A DNA stretch of 64,000 bases, taken from Saprospiraceae bacterium. GTDB taxonomy: Bacteria > Bacteroidota > Bacteroidia > Chitinophagales > Saprospiraceae. The stretch covers positions 300 to 64,299 of the forward strand of contig JALSPK010000003.1 in assembly GCA_026986005.1 (NCBI GenBank), given 5' to 3'. Below the pieces are notes generated by a model. That model made no database searches. It was not told the origin of the DNA and was given only the letters and a program-made list of their open reading frames with translations. Within the stretch, counting starts at the first letter, position 1. Each line of letters starts with the position of its first letter. The position numbers and the translations under genes are program-made. This document shows, in pieces, positions 37,140 to 48,600 of the stretch.

Positions 37140-38753
37140 ATGAAAATAATTTTGTTTATTGCTATATTACCGTTAATTTTAATGAATCTATCAGCTCAGG
37201 AGTGGAAAACCTATCCATACAATCCTGAAAATAGTATAATCTCATTTCCAAAAGATGAAGGATTGCATACAAATGAAAAAACAGAATGGTGGTATACATT
37301 TGCTAAATTAAAGGGAAAGGAAACCGGAAATGATTATACTGTAATGTTCACTTTTTTTTATCGTGACACATTATTCTTTGATGGTTTGAGAATATTTAAT
37401 ATCTCAAATGAAACTACTAAAGAGTTCTTCCACGATGCTAAACCTGTAAACTACAATACCAACTCTGTTGATTACCTCAATATAGAAGCTAAAATATACG
37501 GTCAAAACAGAGTTGAGACATGGAAAACAAAAGCTGATTCTAATGGCATATTGATTCCATTTAATTACAAATTGAAAGCAAAAGCAGCTTTTGGAGCGAT
37601 AAATCTTGATTACAATGTTATTAAGAGACCTTTAATATTGGCTGATTCAGGTTTTTTATATCAAGGCTCAAAAAATTACACTTACTATTACTCATTTACA
37701 GAAATTGAAGTCAATGGCGAATTGACTCTCAACGGAATTACAGAACCGGTTGAGGGAATCGCCTGGTTTGACAAACAATATGGTAATTTTCATCCTGAGG
37801 TCGAAGAAAAATACGAATGGCTAAGTCTAAAACTTTCTAATGGTATTGACATCAATACTTGGGAAATTTTCAATAAAGACTTTCAAGTACCCCAAACCCC
37901 GGATTACAAACAATTCAACTGTTATATTGATGATAATACCTCATTAAATACTTATGATTTTAAAATAGAAAGGTTAGATTATTTTTATTCTCCTGATTCT
38001 GCAAGAGTCTATTGCAAAAAGTTTTTGCTTACTGAACCTAAATTAGATCTTAATTTAGAAGTGGAAATATCTAATCCAAATTGTGAGCCGAGTTATCCTT
38101 TTAACTTTTATGAAGGGCCATTAAAAATAAAAGGAAAAGTTGGTGACGAAAACATCACAGGATTCGGGTTTGGAGAATTATTACATACATATAACAAGCA
38201 GGCTATAGAATTTAAGTACCCTAATACAAAATGGAATCGAGATTCCCTTATTAAATGGAGTATTTCTAATCCTGACTTTGGCAGACCTGTAACTTATGAT
38301 TTATATAGCAGGACTTTCAATACTAAATACATTCTGATAGACAGTACTTTAACCGATACTTCTTATACGGTTGCTCCAAGCGATTTTTCTCAGGACAGCC
38401 TTTACCAATTTCTATTAATATCCTCGTCTCCCGGCAATTTTTTCAAAGACTCAATAAGCACCGAATTTTATATGCCGATATCTGTATTTGAAGAGAATAA
38501 TAGTGATATTAAAGTATTCCCAACAATTTTTTCAAATTCAATAATTGTAGAGAGAGAAAGTACAATACCTTCAGAAAACACTAATATAGTGATAGTCTCC
38601 GATATCAATCGAATAATATTGAAAAAAAGATTAAAAATGAATTCTAGCAGGATGAAATTGTATTTCAATAATCTTCCCGATGGTTTGTATGTGATTTATG
38701 TAAGTGACAGAGGCATTGTTTATTCAAAAAAGATAATCCATGTTAGTAACTAA
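37140..38753 (+). CDS. Secreted AttH/CrtC-like (lipocalin-like) protein with a T9SS type A CTD
   Basis: 537 aa with a signal peptide. FPKDEGLHTNEKTEWWYTFAKL and AWFDKQYGNF resemble the AttH/hydroxyneurosporene-synthase-like fold. The C-terminus VFPTIFSNSIIV...DGLYVIYVSDRGIVYSKKII matches the type A CTD. Confidence 0.75.
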   Translation: MKIILFIAILPLILMNLSAQEWKTYPYNPENSIISFPKDEGLHTNEKTEWWYTFAKLKGKETGNDYTVMFTFFYRDTLFFDGLRIFNISNETTKEFFHDAKPVNYNTNSVDYLNIEAKIYGQNRVETWKTKADSNGILIPFNYKLKAKAAFGAINLDYNVIKRPLILADSGFLYQGSKNYTYYYSFTEIEVNGELTLNGITEPVEGIAWFDKQYGNFHPEVEEKYEWLSLKLSNGIDINTWEIFNKDFQVPQTPDYKQFNCYIDDNTSLNTYDFKIERLDYFYSPDSARVYCKKFLLTEPKLDLNLEVEISNPNCEPSYPFNFYEGPLKIKGKVGDENITGFGFGELLHTYNKQAIEFKYPNTKWNRDSLIKWSISNPDFGRPVTYDLYSRTFNTKYILIDSTLTDTSYTVAPSDFSQDSLYQFLLISSSPGNFFKDSISTEFYMPISVFEENNSDIKVFPTIFSNSIIVERESTIPSENTNIVIVSDINRIILKKRLKMNSSRMKLYFNNLPDGLYVIYVSDRGIVYSKKIIHVSN

Positions 38754-39162
38754 TATTTTTACAATAGTATTTTATCTTTTATTCGGCTCAAGCACGTCAA
38801 AACCGCTTGAATCATATACTTTGACTGTTTATGTTACCGGTCTAGAATCAAGTACGGGACAAATCATTTGCAATCTTCATAATAATGAAAGTTCATTTCC
38901 GAAAAAATATATTTTTCGTAAAATATCTATTATTGAAAACAATAAATCGACAATCATTTTTTCCGGTTTAACAAGAGGGGTATATGCGATAACAGTCTTT
39001 CATGACAAAAACTCAAATGGTAAAATGGATTTTAATATATTACATATCCCTTCTGAAAAAACAGGGACTTCTAATAATGTGAAAAGTTTGTTTGGTCTCC
39101 CAAAATTTAAAGATTCAAAATTTTGGCTTAAAAAAAATACTACTATTCAAATTGAAATGTGA
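38740..39162 (+). CDS. DUF2141-like secreted protein
   Basis: 140 aa. GVYAITVFHDKNSNGKMDFNILHIPSEKTGTSNN matches the DUF2141 core. Overlaps the upstream gene by 14 nt. Confidence 0.7.
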   Translation: MLVTNIFTIVFYLLFGSSTSKPLESYTLTVYVTGLESSTGQIICNLHNNESSFPKKYIFRKISIIENNKSTIIFSGLTRGVYAITVFHDKNSNGKMDFNILHIPSEKTGTSNNVKSLFGLPKFKDSKFWLKKNTTIQIEM

Positions 39163-39168
39163 TGTTAT

Positions 39169-39528
39169 ATGAACATAGAGCAATTAAGACGGTTGTGTAT
39201 AGATAAAAAAGGAGTTGAAGAGAGTTTTCCTTTTGATGAGTCTACATTAGTTTTCAAAATTGGAAACAAAATGTTTGCATTGATGGGATTGGATGATGTT
39301 GATGCGCCAAGTGTAAATCTTAAAGGAGATCCTGAATACAATATGATTTTGAGAGAGGAATACCAAGGGATAAAACCCGGATTTCATATGAACAAAAAGC
39401 ATTGGAATACTGTAGAATTGGAGTCAGATGTGCCTGACAAAATGATAGGGGAAATGATTGAAACCTCTTATCAATTGGTGTATAAGGGACTCACAAAAAA
39501 GATTAAAGTAGAAATAGATAATTTGTAA
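39169..39528 (+). CDS. MmcQ/YjbR family DNA-binding protein
   Basis: 119 aa. FPFDESTLVFKIGNKMFAL and PGFHMNKKHWNTV motifs. Confidence 0.85.
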   Translation: MNIEQLRRLCIDKKGVEESFPFDESTLVFKIGNKMFALMGLDDVDAPSVNLKGDPEYNMILREEYQGIKPGFHMNKKHWNTVELESDVPDKMIGEMIETSYQLVYKGLTKKIKVEIDNL

Positions 39529-39529
39529 T

Positions 39530-40180
39530 ATGGAAATTATAGATTCATATAAAACAATAAAATCTCCTGCAATCGGTGAATACAAAGAAAAAGGTAGTAA
39601 ATTCATAGCTTATGCCCGTGAAATTAATTCGGAAAATGAATTTAAAAATTATTTGGAAATTATAAAAAAAGAACATTTCAAAGCTAGGCATCATTGCTAT
39701 GCATACGCAATAGGTCCTTCAAATGAGCTGTATAGATACAATGATGACGGTGAACCCGGAGGCACAGCAGGTCTTCCCATATTCAACCAAATTAAAAGTT
39801 ATAATCTAAGTAATATTGGCATTATAGTGGTAAGGTATTTTGGAGGAACAAAATTAGGAGTTCCAGGTCTGATCAGAGCTTATAAAACCTCAACTAAGGA
39901 TGCTTTAGAGAATGCTAAGATTATCACAAGATTAATTGAAGACAAAATCAGGATTGATTATGAATACATTTTTATGGGAGATATTATGCGAATTGTGAAT
40001 AATTTTGGAGTAAAAGTACTGGAAAACACTTTTGACACTCTACCCGGAATTATATTAAAAGTTCGCAAATCCAAAACAAATGAATTTGTAAAAACGATCT
40101 ACTCCGCTATCCTTAACAGAGATATCAAAGACATTAAGGAAGATGAAAAGGTAGAAGGATTAAAAATAAAAATATGCTAA
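39530..40180 (+). CDS. YigZ / IMPACT (UPF0029) family protein
   Basis: 216 aa. KGSKFIAYA, ARHHCYAY, DDGEPGGTAG and RYFGGTKLG motifs. Confidence 0.85.
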   Translation: MEIIDSYKTIKSPAIGEYKEKGSKFIAYAREINSENEFKNYLEIIKKEHFKARHHCYAYAIGPSNELYRYNDDGEPGGTAGLPIFNQIKSYNLSNIGIIVVRYFGGTKLGVPGLIRAYKTSTKDALENAKIITRLIEDKIRIDYEYIFMGDIMRIVNNFGVKVLENTFDTLPGIILKVRKSKTNEFVKTIYSAILNRDIKDIKEDEKVEGLKIKIC

Positions 40181-40767
40181 AAATAGGAGTTACCGGAGGA
40201 ATTGGTAGTGGGAAAACTACAGTTTGCAGCCTTTTTGAGTTATTAAATATACCTGTATATTATGCTGACTTAATGGCTAAGAAACTGATGGTGTCAAATG
40301 ACCGGCTTATCAAGAATATAAAAAAGCTATTAGGGAGTAATAGTTATGATTCTAATGGAAATTTAAACAAAAGCTATATAGCTGACATTATTTTCAATAA
40401 CAAAGAAAAACTAGAATCTTTAAATAAATTGGTTCATCCGGCTGTAAATATTGATTTTGAAAAATGGGCAAAAACACAAAACTCTCCATATGTATTGAAA
40501 GAAGCAGCATTATTATTTGAAAACGGTAGTTATAAAAATCTTGATTATAATTTATTGGTGACAGCTCCCTTGGAGTTGAGAATTTTCAGGGTAATCAAGA
40601 GAGACAATATAACTAGAGAAGACGTACTGTCTAGGGTCAATAATCAATTGCCGGATAGCAAAAAAATAATTCTCGCTGATTTTGTTATCAATAATGATGG
40701 GCATACGTCTTTGATTCACACAGTTATTGATCTTCACAACCGGTTCTTAAAACAACACCATGCGTAG
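40174..40767 (+). CDS. coaE: Dephospho-CoA kinase
   Basis: 197 aa. P-loop IGVTGGIGSGKTTV. Overlaps both neighbours by 7-8 nt, consistent with an operon. Confidence 0.9.
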   Translation: MLKIGVTGGIGSGKTTVCSLFELLNIPVYYADLMAKKLMVSNDRLIKNIKKLLGSNSYDSNGNLNKSYIADIIFNNKEKLESLNKLVHPAVNIDFEKWAKTQNSPYVLKEAALLFENGSYKNLDYNLLVTAPLELRIFRVIKRDNITREDVLSRVNNQLPDSKKIILADFVINNDGHTSLIHTVIDLHNRFLKQHHA

Positions 40768-41992
40768 GTACACAAATTTTGAATTTGAGACAGCTTTTAT
40801 CACAGATCCCCTACCCTCCAAGTTGGAGGTAATAATAGCCATACCTGCTTATTATGAAAAGGATATCTTATTGACATTAAATTCATTGGCAGAAAATACC
40901 GGTTACAGTTCAAATATTGAAGTGATTATTGTTATCAACGAGAATCAAAGTTGCAGTAAAAAAATCAGCAATTTTCATCATCAGCAACATCAACAACTAC
41001 TGGTTTGGTCTAAAAAAAATAAAACAAGACAATTATCGTTTTATCCGATTTACATAAAAAATATTGATGATAAAAAAGCAGGAGCAGGTATGGCAAGAAA
41101 AATAGCTATGGATGAAGCTTTCCAAAGATTCGAAAAAGCAGGCAATCTTAATGGGATAATTAGCAATTTGGACGCTGACACAATTGTAGAAAAAAACTAC
41201 TTATTCGAAATAGAAAAGGAAGCACTAAAAAGAAATAAAATAAAAGCTTATAGTATTCATTTTGAACATTTATTGTCAGATGATTTGACAAATGAGAACA
41301 AATTGGCCATAATCAGCTATGAGCTGCACCTCCGTTATTTCATCAATATGCAAAGGTTTTTAAAACTGCCATTTGCTTACCAAATAATGGGAAGTGCTAT
41401 GGCTGTGAAGGCTTTTGCTTATGCTGAAGCATTTGGAATGAATAAAAGACAAGCCGGTGAAGACTTTTATTTTCTACAAAAATTCATTAAAACAGGACAA
41501 TTTAAAAATATCAATAGTACAACGGTTTTTCCTGCTGCCAGAATATCTCAAAGAGTGCCATTCGGTACGGGGAGAGCATTATATGATATTCTCACATTAG
41601 GAAAATCACCGGATACATACAATTTCAAGTCTTTTATCGCACTAAAATCCTTTACTGACAAGATTGAAGCTTTATATACGAATTTCAATGCCGTTTTTAA
41701 CAGTTTTGACGAACCCGTAATAGAGTTTTTCACTTCAGTTGGCTTTGAAAAAAGATATTTACAAATCAAGAACAACACTAAAGATTTTAATGCATTCAAA
41801 AAGCGTCTTTTCCAATGGTTTGATGCCTTTCTACTAATGAAATACTTACATTATACCAGAGATAGATACTATCCAAATATAGGAATAGAAGAAGCAACAG
41901 ATTTTTATTTTAAAATCAGTGGCTTGCAGGAAGGTATAGACCTTGCTCAAAAGCTAAATATATTGCAAAAAATCGATAAAAAAAACACATGA
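40760..41992 (+). CDS. Glycosyltransferase family 2-like protein
   Basis: 410 aa. VIIAIPAYYEKDILLTLNSL...VIIVINEN and a DAD (DxD) motif. Confidence 0.7.
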   Translation: MRRYTNFEFETAFITDPLPSKLEVIIAIPAYYEKDILLTLNSLAENTGYSSNIEVIIVINENQSCSKKISNFHHQQHQQLLVWSKKNKTRQLSFYPIYIKNIDDKKAGAGMARKIAMDEAFQRFEKAGNLNGIISNLDADTIVEKNYLFEIEKEALKRNKIKAYSIHFEHLLSDDLTNENKLAIISYELHLRYFINMQRFLKLPFAYQIMGSAMAVKAFAYAEAFGMNKRQAGEDFYFLQKFIKTGQFKNINSTTVFPAARISQRVPFGTGRALYDILTLGKSPDTYNFKSFIALKSFTDKIEALYTNFNAVFNSFDEPVIEFFTSVGFEKRYLQIKNNTKDFNAFKKRLFQWFDAFLLMKYLHYTRDRYYPNIGIEEATDFYFKISGLQEGIDLAQKLNILQKIDKKNT

Positions 41993-42008
41993 GCAATATC
42001 CTTTGGCA

Positions 42009-42920
42009 CTAATTCCACAGTTTCTCGGGATAAACTCCTTTGCGAATTAATTCTTTGATTTTTTCCATTACAAAAGGTTTATCCTCTTGATATGTCACTC
42101 CAAACCAATCGCTATCAGAACTAAGTACTTTTATTACTGCTTTTTGCTCATTTATCAACCAATCTATCAAATCCGGGATATAGAATTCAGAAGTTTCTTC
42201 ATTTCCATGCTTTTCCAAAAATTCTTTGAACTGTGTATCAAAATAATCAAAATAACTCGGATAAAAACCCCACATATTCATAGACACCAATGTATCATCT
42301 TTCAATTCTTCATCACCTTCAGGATATCTAACCACGCCATCATTATCCCTTCTAATCTTTTTACATTCTTTAATTTTAACAAGATTGTTTCTTTCATCAG
42401 CTCGACAAACTCCTCTATTAACATCACCATGGTCAGAGAGAGTATTCTTCAGTTTGTATCCCATCACAAAATATTCATCCTTGCCATCCTTTGTTTTGCC
42501 CTCAGGATTTGACTTAAAATAATCAGCAGCTACAAAATACGCGTCTTTACCATAGTAGTCATCAGCATTTATAACCAAAAAAGGTTCGGATACTTCATCA
42601 GCAGCCATCTGTACTGCATGCCCCGTTCCCCAAGGTTTTTTCCTGTCAAATGGTCCATATCCTTCAGGTATTTTATGAAGCTCTTGTGTTACAAATTCAA
42701 CATTGATCTTATCGTCAAACTTCCCTTTAAAAAAATCTTTGAAAGAATCCAAGAAAGACTCTCTAATTATAAAAACCACCTTACCAAACCCGGCTTTAAT
42801 AGCATCATAAATTGAGTAATCAAGAATTGTCTCACCATTTGGACCAAAGGCATCCATTTGTTTCAAACCACCGTAACGGCTACCCATGCCTGCCGCCAAA
42901 ACAACTAAAGTTGGTTTCAT
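42009..42920 (-). CDS. Sugar-phosphate nucleotidyltransferase family protein
   Basis: 303 aa. N-terminal LAAGMGSRYGGLKQ signature of NTP_transferase enzymes. Confidence 0.8.
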   Translation of the reverse strand: MKPTLVVLAAGMGSRYGGLKQMDAFGPNGETILDYSIYDAIKAGFGKVVFIIRESFLDSFKDFFKGKFDDKINVEFVTQELHKIPEGYGPFDRKKPWGTGHAVQMAADEVSEPFLVINADDYYGKDAYFVAADYFKSNPEGKTKDGKDEYFVMGYKLKNTLSDHGDVNRGVCRADERNNLVKIKECKKIRRDNDGVVRYPEGDEELKDDTLVSMNMWGFYPSYFDYFDTQFKEFLEKHGNEETSEFYIPDLIDWLINEQKAVIKVLSSDSDWFGVTYQEDKPFVMEKIKELIRKGVYPEKLWN

Positions 42921-42954
42921 ATTTTATTTTTATTTGATAATGTAATAATTGTTG

Positions 42955-42962
42955 CAAAAGTA
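42955..42962 (-). promoter_or_regulatory. -7 promoter box TACTTTTG, embedded in a 10-bp-arm palindrome
   Basis: The reverse complement of caaaagta, 35 nt upstream of the ATG at 42920. It is flanked by aataattgtt (42944-42953) and aacaattatt (42962-42971). Confidence 0.45.
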
Positions 42963-43090
42963 ACAATTATTTATAAAATACATAAACCAAATCTATAAAA
43001 GATATATTTCATTTTTTCGTTTAGTGAGGTTTACTCTCCTAAAAAAGCAGAAAGCGGTGAAGTGTAAAAGTTGGACTTAAAACAAGAATT

Positions 43091-44662
43091 CTACAAATTA
43101 ATTGATTTGCTTATCCCCAATTTAAATTCTAATGAACTAATCATATCATTATTCGGACCTAAGCCTTTAAAATTATAATTATATTGCGGTTCAAAAGTAA
43201 TGGAATATCCTTTGTGCAATTTTCTTTTTAAGCCTAATCCGATATTTGCTGATACAAATAAATTGTCATTTAACTTTGCCCCATCATTTACACCTTTTCT
43301 GTATTCTTTTTTGTAATACAAAGTATTTTTAAAGTCGAAATTTTCCTGAAGATCAGAAGCAAGATGTGATAAAATATGTTTATTTCCTTCTTGATCCAAA
43401 GTATTTTCTGTAAAAACATAATTAGATTCCAACATAGTATTAACTGCTACACCCGCTATTGTATAAATATCCCATTTTTTATTTTCAACAATATGGTATT
43501 TATGTACTAGTGGTATTCTAACTTGGAGATACTCTATTTTATCCAGAAAAAATGAAGATGAGTTGTGCTTTAATATAATTTTGCGAGGAGAATATTTAAG
43601 ATTCACTACATCCAGACCTGATTCTATTTCATGCTTATTCTTTTTATAAGATATCGCCAATCCTCCTCCAACACCCTTTTCAACTTGATTATAACCCGGT
43701 ATATTGAATATAATATCATTGGGAGTTTTTATTAAGTTGGCACTAGGAAATATATGTGCATTTAAAGAAAGACCATTATCCACTTTTCTACTAGGAGAAA
43801 CAAATTGAATACTAGAATCATCATTTGCTTCACCATGAATAATATTTTTATCTATAATAATCTTCTCTGATTTACTTTGTTTTTCATCAAATGCAATTTC
43901 ATTATCTAAACTTTTAGAATTACTATTTTCAAAATAATCTGTGTTATCTTTTCTATTAACAGGAGGATTATTGTTTGAAGCAAATGCATTATTACTACTT
44001 ACACTAAGTCTAACCGAAAAAACAATACCGGAACTTAAGGTATTATAATATTTTGAACTTTCATTATGATAAATTTGTTTTGAATACAAATTATTTACTC
44101 TATCCATTGACAGTCCATAATTGTTATTAATTGATATATTGGAATAATCAGGTAATATTAAATCTCCCAAATAATTGGGTTTTGTTTTTACGGTCTCAAT
44201 TTTATTGTGTTTTTTAAAAACATAGGGTTTGGATAGTACTTCGGAGGACTTTATCTTATCAATTGTAATGGATTTTCCTTTTTTTACAAAAGATGAATCA
44301 TTTTCTTTTGAAATCGTGGCAATTGAAGACCGTTTAGGAGTATTATTGTTATTAATGAAAATCAATCCAGACACCAATAAAAATATCGCAGCAGCAATAC
44401 CGACTAATTTCTTATATTTATATGAATCACGTCTAAAAGAATCGTCGGTATCTAACTTTGATTCTAGCTTATCAAAAGAAGACATACTTACAGGTACTGC
44501 AAATGATTTTAATTTATCTGCAATAACCATATCAAAGATTGCATCCTCTCCTTCTTTCTCTTCTAATTTGCTCTCCAGTCTATCCCACGATCCTACATCA
44601 TAGGGAACTTTCATCCTCTTTAATATACCCGCCATCTCTCTATCAAAATTATTATTCGTCAT
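43091..44662 (-). CDS. Membrane-anchored protein co-transcribed with an ECF sigma factor (putative anti-sigma/sensor with a beta-rich C-terminal domain)
   Basis: 523 aa. Overlaps the sigma gene by 11 nt. One TM segment (LVGIAAAIFLLVSGLIFI) at about aa 85-105, an Asn/Ser-rich linker, and a C-terminal ~200 aa with an alternating beta-strand pattern. Confidence 0.6.
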   Translation of the reverse strand: MTNNNFDREMAGILKRMKVPYDVGSWDRLESKLEEKEGEDAIFDMVIADKLKSFAVPVSMSSFDKLESKLDTDDSFRRDSYKYKKLVGIAAAIFLLVSGLIFINNNNTPKRSSIATISKENDSSFVKKGKSITIDKIKSSEVLSKPYVFKKHNKIETVKTKPNYLGDLILPDYSNISINNNYGLSMDRVNNLYSKQIYHNESSKYYNTLSSGIVFSVRLSVSSNNAFASNNNPPVNRKDNTDYFENSNSKSLDNEIAFDEKQSKSEKIIIDKNIIHGEANDDSSIQFVSPSRKVDNGLSLNAHIFPSANLIKTPNDIIFNIPGYNQVEKGVGGGLAISYKKNKHEIESGLDVVNLKYSPRKIILKHNSSSFFLDKIEYLQVRIPLVHKYHIVENKKWDIYTIAGVAVNTMLESNYVFTENTLDQEGNKHILSHLASDLQENFDFKNTLYYKKEYRKGVNDGAKLNDNLFVSANIGLGLKRKLHKGYSITFEPQYNYNFKGLGPNNDMISSLEFKLGISKSINL

Positions 44663-45215
44663 AAAACTTATCTTTAGATAAAAGTATTTCTTTTAATTTT
44701 TTTCTTGCTTTCACCAAATTACTACGAGAAGTACTCTCACTGATCTTTAGTGTTTTTGCAATCTCTTTATGAGGATAACCCTCCACAACAAACATGTTAA
44801 ATATAGTTCTATACATATAGGATAATTGACGCATAGCCGTTATTATCTCTTCTACAGAAAGTGTTTGCAATGCATCTTCTTCTCTTGTTTTGAGATGATA
44901 TACATTATCCAACTCTACTGTTTTCTTTTTAATTCTCTTTCTGTAATGATCAATAGAGGTATTTACCACTATTCTACTCATCCATCCCTTTAAAGAAGTA
45001 CCCGGTTTATACTTATCTATACTTTTATATATTTTTATATAGCTCTCATGCAAAACATCCTCAGCTTCTTCTCTTGTCCCTGCATATCTCAAACATATAG
45101 GCATTAGCACTTCAAAGTACTCTTCGTACAACTGTTTTTGAGCCCATCTTTTCTTTTTCAAGATACCCTCTATAAGCCCTTCTTCATTTCCCCATATTTT
45201 AAAAGAATAATCCAT
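44652..45215 (-). CDS. ECF-type RNA polymerase sigma-70 family factor
   Basis: 187 aa. Region 2 (WMSRIVVNTSIDHYRK) and region 4 HTH (PHKEIAKTLKISESTSRSNLVKARKKL). Confidence 0.9.
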   Translation of the reverse strand: MDYSFKIWGNEEGLIEGILKKKRWAQKQLYEEYFEVLMPICLRYAGTREEAEDVLHESYIKIYKSIDKYKPGTSLKGWMSRIVVNTSIDHYRKRIKKKTVELDNVYHLKTREEDALQTLSVEEIITAMRQLSYMYRTIFNMFVVEGYPHKEIAKTLKISESTSRSNLVKARKKLKEILLSKDKFYDE

Positions 45216-45625
45216 GTATTTTGTTTCTCTATATATTCAAACGTAAACTTTTCAAAAATGCTGCCTAAAGCTTATATTTTTTTTACACAATTACAATATA
45301 GACAAAAATCTTTCCATAAAGCCAATGCTGAGTTTATCGAAAGCTTCCAAAACTCACAAAAAAACGTAAAAATATCCCATTATCTATTTTTTATCCAAGA
45401 AGAAAAAAAATACCGGAAAATATTTTATTTTTTTTTCAAAGATACAAAATGTATTTAATATTAAATCTCAAATCAAAACAAATTAAACAAAAACATCATA
45501 TCATAACACATTAAAATTAAAGATAATACCAATATTTTTTTGGTATGTTTATTGAAATTATTGAAGTAATGAAAGAAGAATCATAGCGTATTGCTGTGAT
45601 ATGATCTTATTATTAAAACAATAAT

Positions 45626-48600
45626 ATGAAATTAAATTTTAAGCTGATGAGAGAACCATTACAAGATGCTAGAAGGAGGTTATCTAGGGTTTACAAAAAG
45701 CCTTTTATAACCGTTTTTGCCATTATTATTATGGCAATTAATTTGTCTGCCCAAGTACCAAGCGGTACAATTGTAGAAGATTGCACATGCATGAGCAATC
45801 AAACCTATTGTGGAGATGGACAATTTGCAACACTATTGAGGATAACCAACGGAGGTGTTGGAAATACTTGGTATATTGCTTTAGATTCTATTAGAGGATT
45901 ATATAGTACTACTAGTGCTGCACCACCTGCTCCTCCAACGGATTTTGTTACCGGTCCTGCGGGAGAGACATTAACAAATACTGCTGGAGAGACTTATGAA
46001 TTGAATGCGATTCATGAAGATAGTCTTGGATTTTGGGTTAAACTGACAGATGGTACAGATACAATCGAGTTGGAAATAGCTGCTGGACATTGTGTATATC
46101 CTCGAACTAAGATAGTTGGGGATCATTTTGTTTGTGAAGGACAGGTTTCTGATTATTCTACACACACCAATGTAGGAAGCTCGTATTTGTGGACTCTTAC
46201 CAATGATGGAGCTCATGGAGGCACAATGACTACTGCCAATAATATCAATCCTATTACAATATCTTGGGATGACAATTCGGATAATAAGTTTCACAAACTG
46301 CAATTGCAAGAGACTGATGCTAATGGCTGTATAGTATCTGACTCTATATTAGTTCAGATTGAAGATACAATCACTATGGCATGTAATCATGATGTACAAA
46401 TATCATTGGATGCAAATTGTGCAGGAGCTTTGACGGCAGATATGTTTCTGGAAGGTCAACTTTATGAAGATAGTTCATATCAAATAATAATAGAAGACTC
46501 TAATGGTAATCTTGTAGATCAAGACACGCTAAGCAAAGATATGGTAAATAAAGTTTACACTATAACTGTTCAACACAAATGTAGTGGAAATATGTGTTGG
46601 TCATATATGTTGGTTTTGGATAAAAGCGCTCCTGAATTAAATTGTCACGCTGACACTATCAAGTGCTCTGAGAGCATAAAACCTGAAGATTTAACGGATG
46701 GTTTCCCACTGTTGTATTATACTTCGATACAAAAAACATCAAACCCATTTAAGTATATTGCAAAAGGCACAAGTGGATGTAGTGATATGACATTAATTTA
46801 CAGTGATGAAGTTGTTGAGGAATCATGTTCCTCTGATTTTACTTCTACTATTTATAGGACTTGGAGGGTCAATGATGCTTCATTTAATTCAAGTGTATGT
46901 ATCGATACAATCAAGATAGAAAGAACCGGACTATCAGATATTAACTATCCTACAAATTGGGATGGACTACCAGGTAACAATCCTTTTATCCAAGCATGTA
47001 GTTACTATCCTAAAGATGCTAATGGTAATCCTGACCCAAGCAAGACAGGTGCTCCGTCCGGACCTTTTTGCGGAAACCTAATGGTTAACTATTCTGATAA
47101 AAGATTATACCTTTGCGACGATATAGGAGGTCAATCATACAAAGTTTTAAGAAATTGGACGGTGATGGATATGTGTACAGGAGATGGCTTTGATACATTG
47201 CAAATAATTGCTATAATGGACACAAAAAAACCTATTATTTCAATAGGCGGATTAACAAACGGGAATACATTTGTAGTCAATACAGAGTATTACAATTGTG
47301 GAGCAAATGTTGAATTACCGGTAGCTAAAGTTAAAGATTGTAGTATTCAAGATATTCATGAGTATACGGTAGGATATCAATTAGCTGATGCTGATGGCAA
47401 TTACCCTGATCCTACATTTCCATATACGACTTTACACAAAACAGGAGGCAAATTTATTCTACCAAATATTCCGTATAGATTTGCCAGAGTAAAGTATACT
47501 GCTACAGATCCTTGTGGAAATACAAAAGAAAGAATTATTTATGTCAAAGTCATAGACAATCTTCCTCCTCAAGCTGTGTGTGATAAACATACTGCAGTAA
47601 CTTTAAGTGATTTGGGAATAGCTTACTTGAGTAAATATTCATTTGACGATGGTTCGTTTGATAATTGTTCCGAAGTTACTTTGGAAGTAAGAAGGATGAC
47701 AGGAGTCTGTAATCACGATGATTTATCTTGGGGAGAAGGTGTACACTTCTGTTGCGTGGATTCAGGACAAGACTCTGTAGCTGTAGAATTAAAAGTAACA
47801 GATAGCAGAGGATATACAAACAGTTGTATGGCATGGGTAATAGTAAGTGACAATCAAAAACCTCAAATTACTTGTCCTTCAAATGGTACAGTAAGTTGCA
47901 AATTTGATTATTCAGACTTATCGGTTTTCGGTACTGTGAGAAACTCAGAAGATGACGTTGAGAAAATATATGTCAATGACCCTGAAAACGGTGGCAATCA
48001 TCATTATTTCGGTAAAGATGGATTTGCTACTGATAATTGTGATGTTACAGCAAAAATGGTTTACAAACGAGTCAGTATTAATGATTGTGGTGTTGGAACT
48101 ATAATCAGAAGATTTCAAGCAACTGATAGCTATGGAAATAAGTCAAATACTTGTACACAAACAATTAAAGTAATAGATTTCCAACCTTTCGATGCTAACA
48201 ATATTCACGATTTAAGATGGCCAACTGATTATTCGTTTAATGGTTGTCTTGGCGATAACATACTGCCGGACAATTTACCTGAATCTCATGGTTGGCCCAA
48301 AATATTGGGTGATGACCATTGCAGTCAAATAGCAATGGACTATGACGATTTGATCTTTGAACATATTGAAGGTATGTGCTACAAAATAATAAGGACATGG
48401 AGAGTCGTTGATTGGTGCGTATACAATCAAAATCTTCCATATCAACCCGATGGCTATTGGGAACATGTACAAACGATTATGATAACCGATGATAATAATC
48501 CAACTGTAACAGATGGGTGTACTCCTATTGACATTACTCCTCTTGGAAATTGTCAATACAGATACCATTTCAAAGCAAATGGAGATGATAATTGCACAAG

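Noticed and set aside
45138-45458. 106-aa plus-strand ORF in the sigma / giant-gene intergenic region
   Set aside because: It overlaps the 5' end of the ECF sigma gene on the opposite strand and continues through homopolymer-rich AT DNA. The product is a low-complexity Phe/Lys/Ile-rich peptide with no supporting features.
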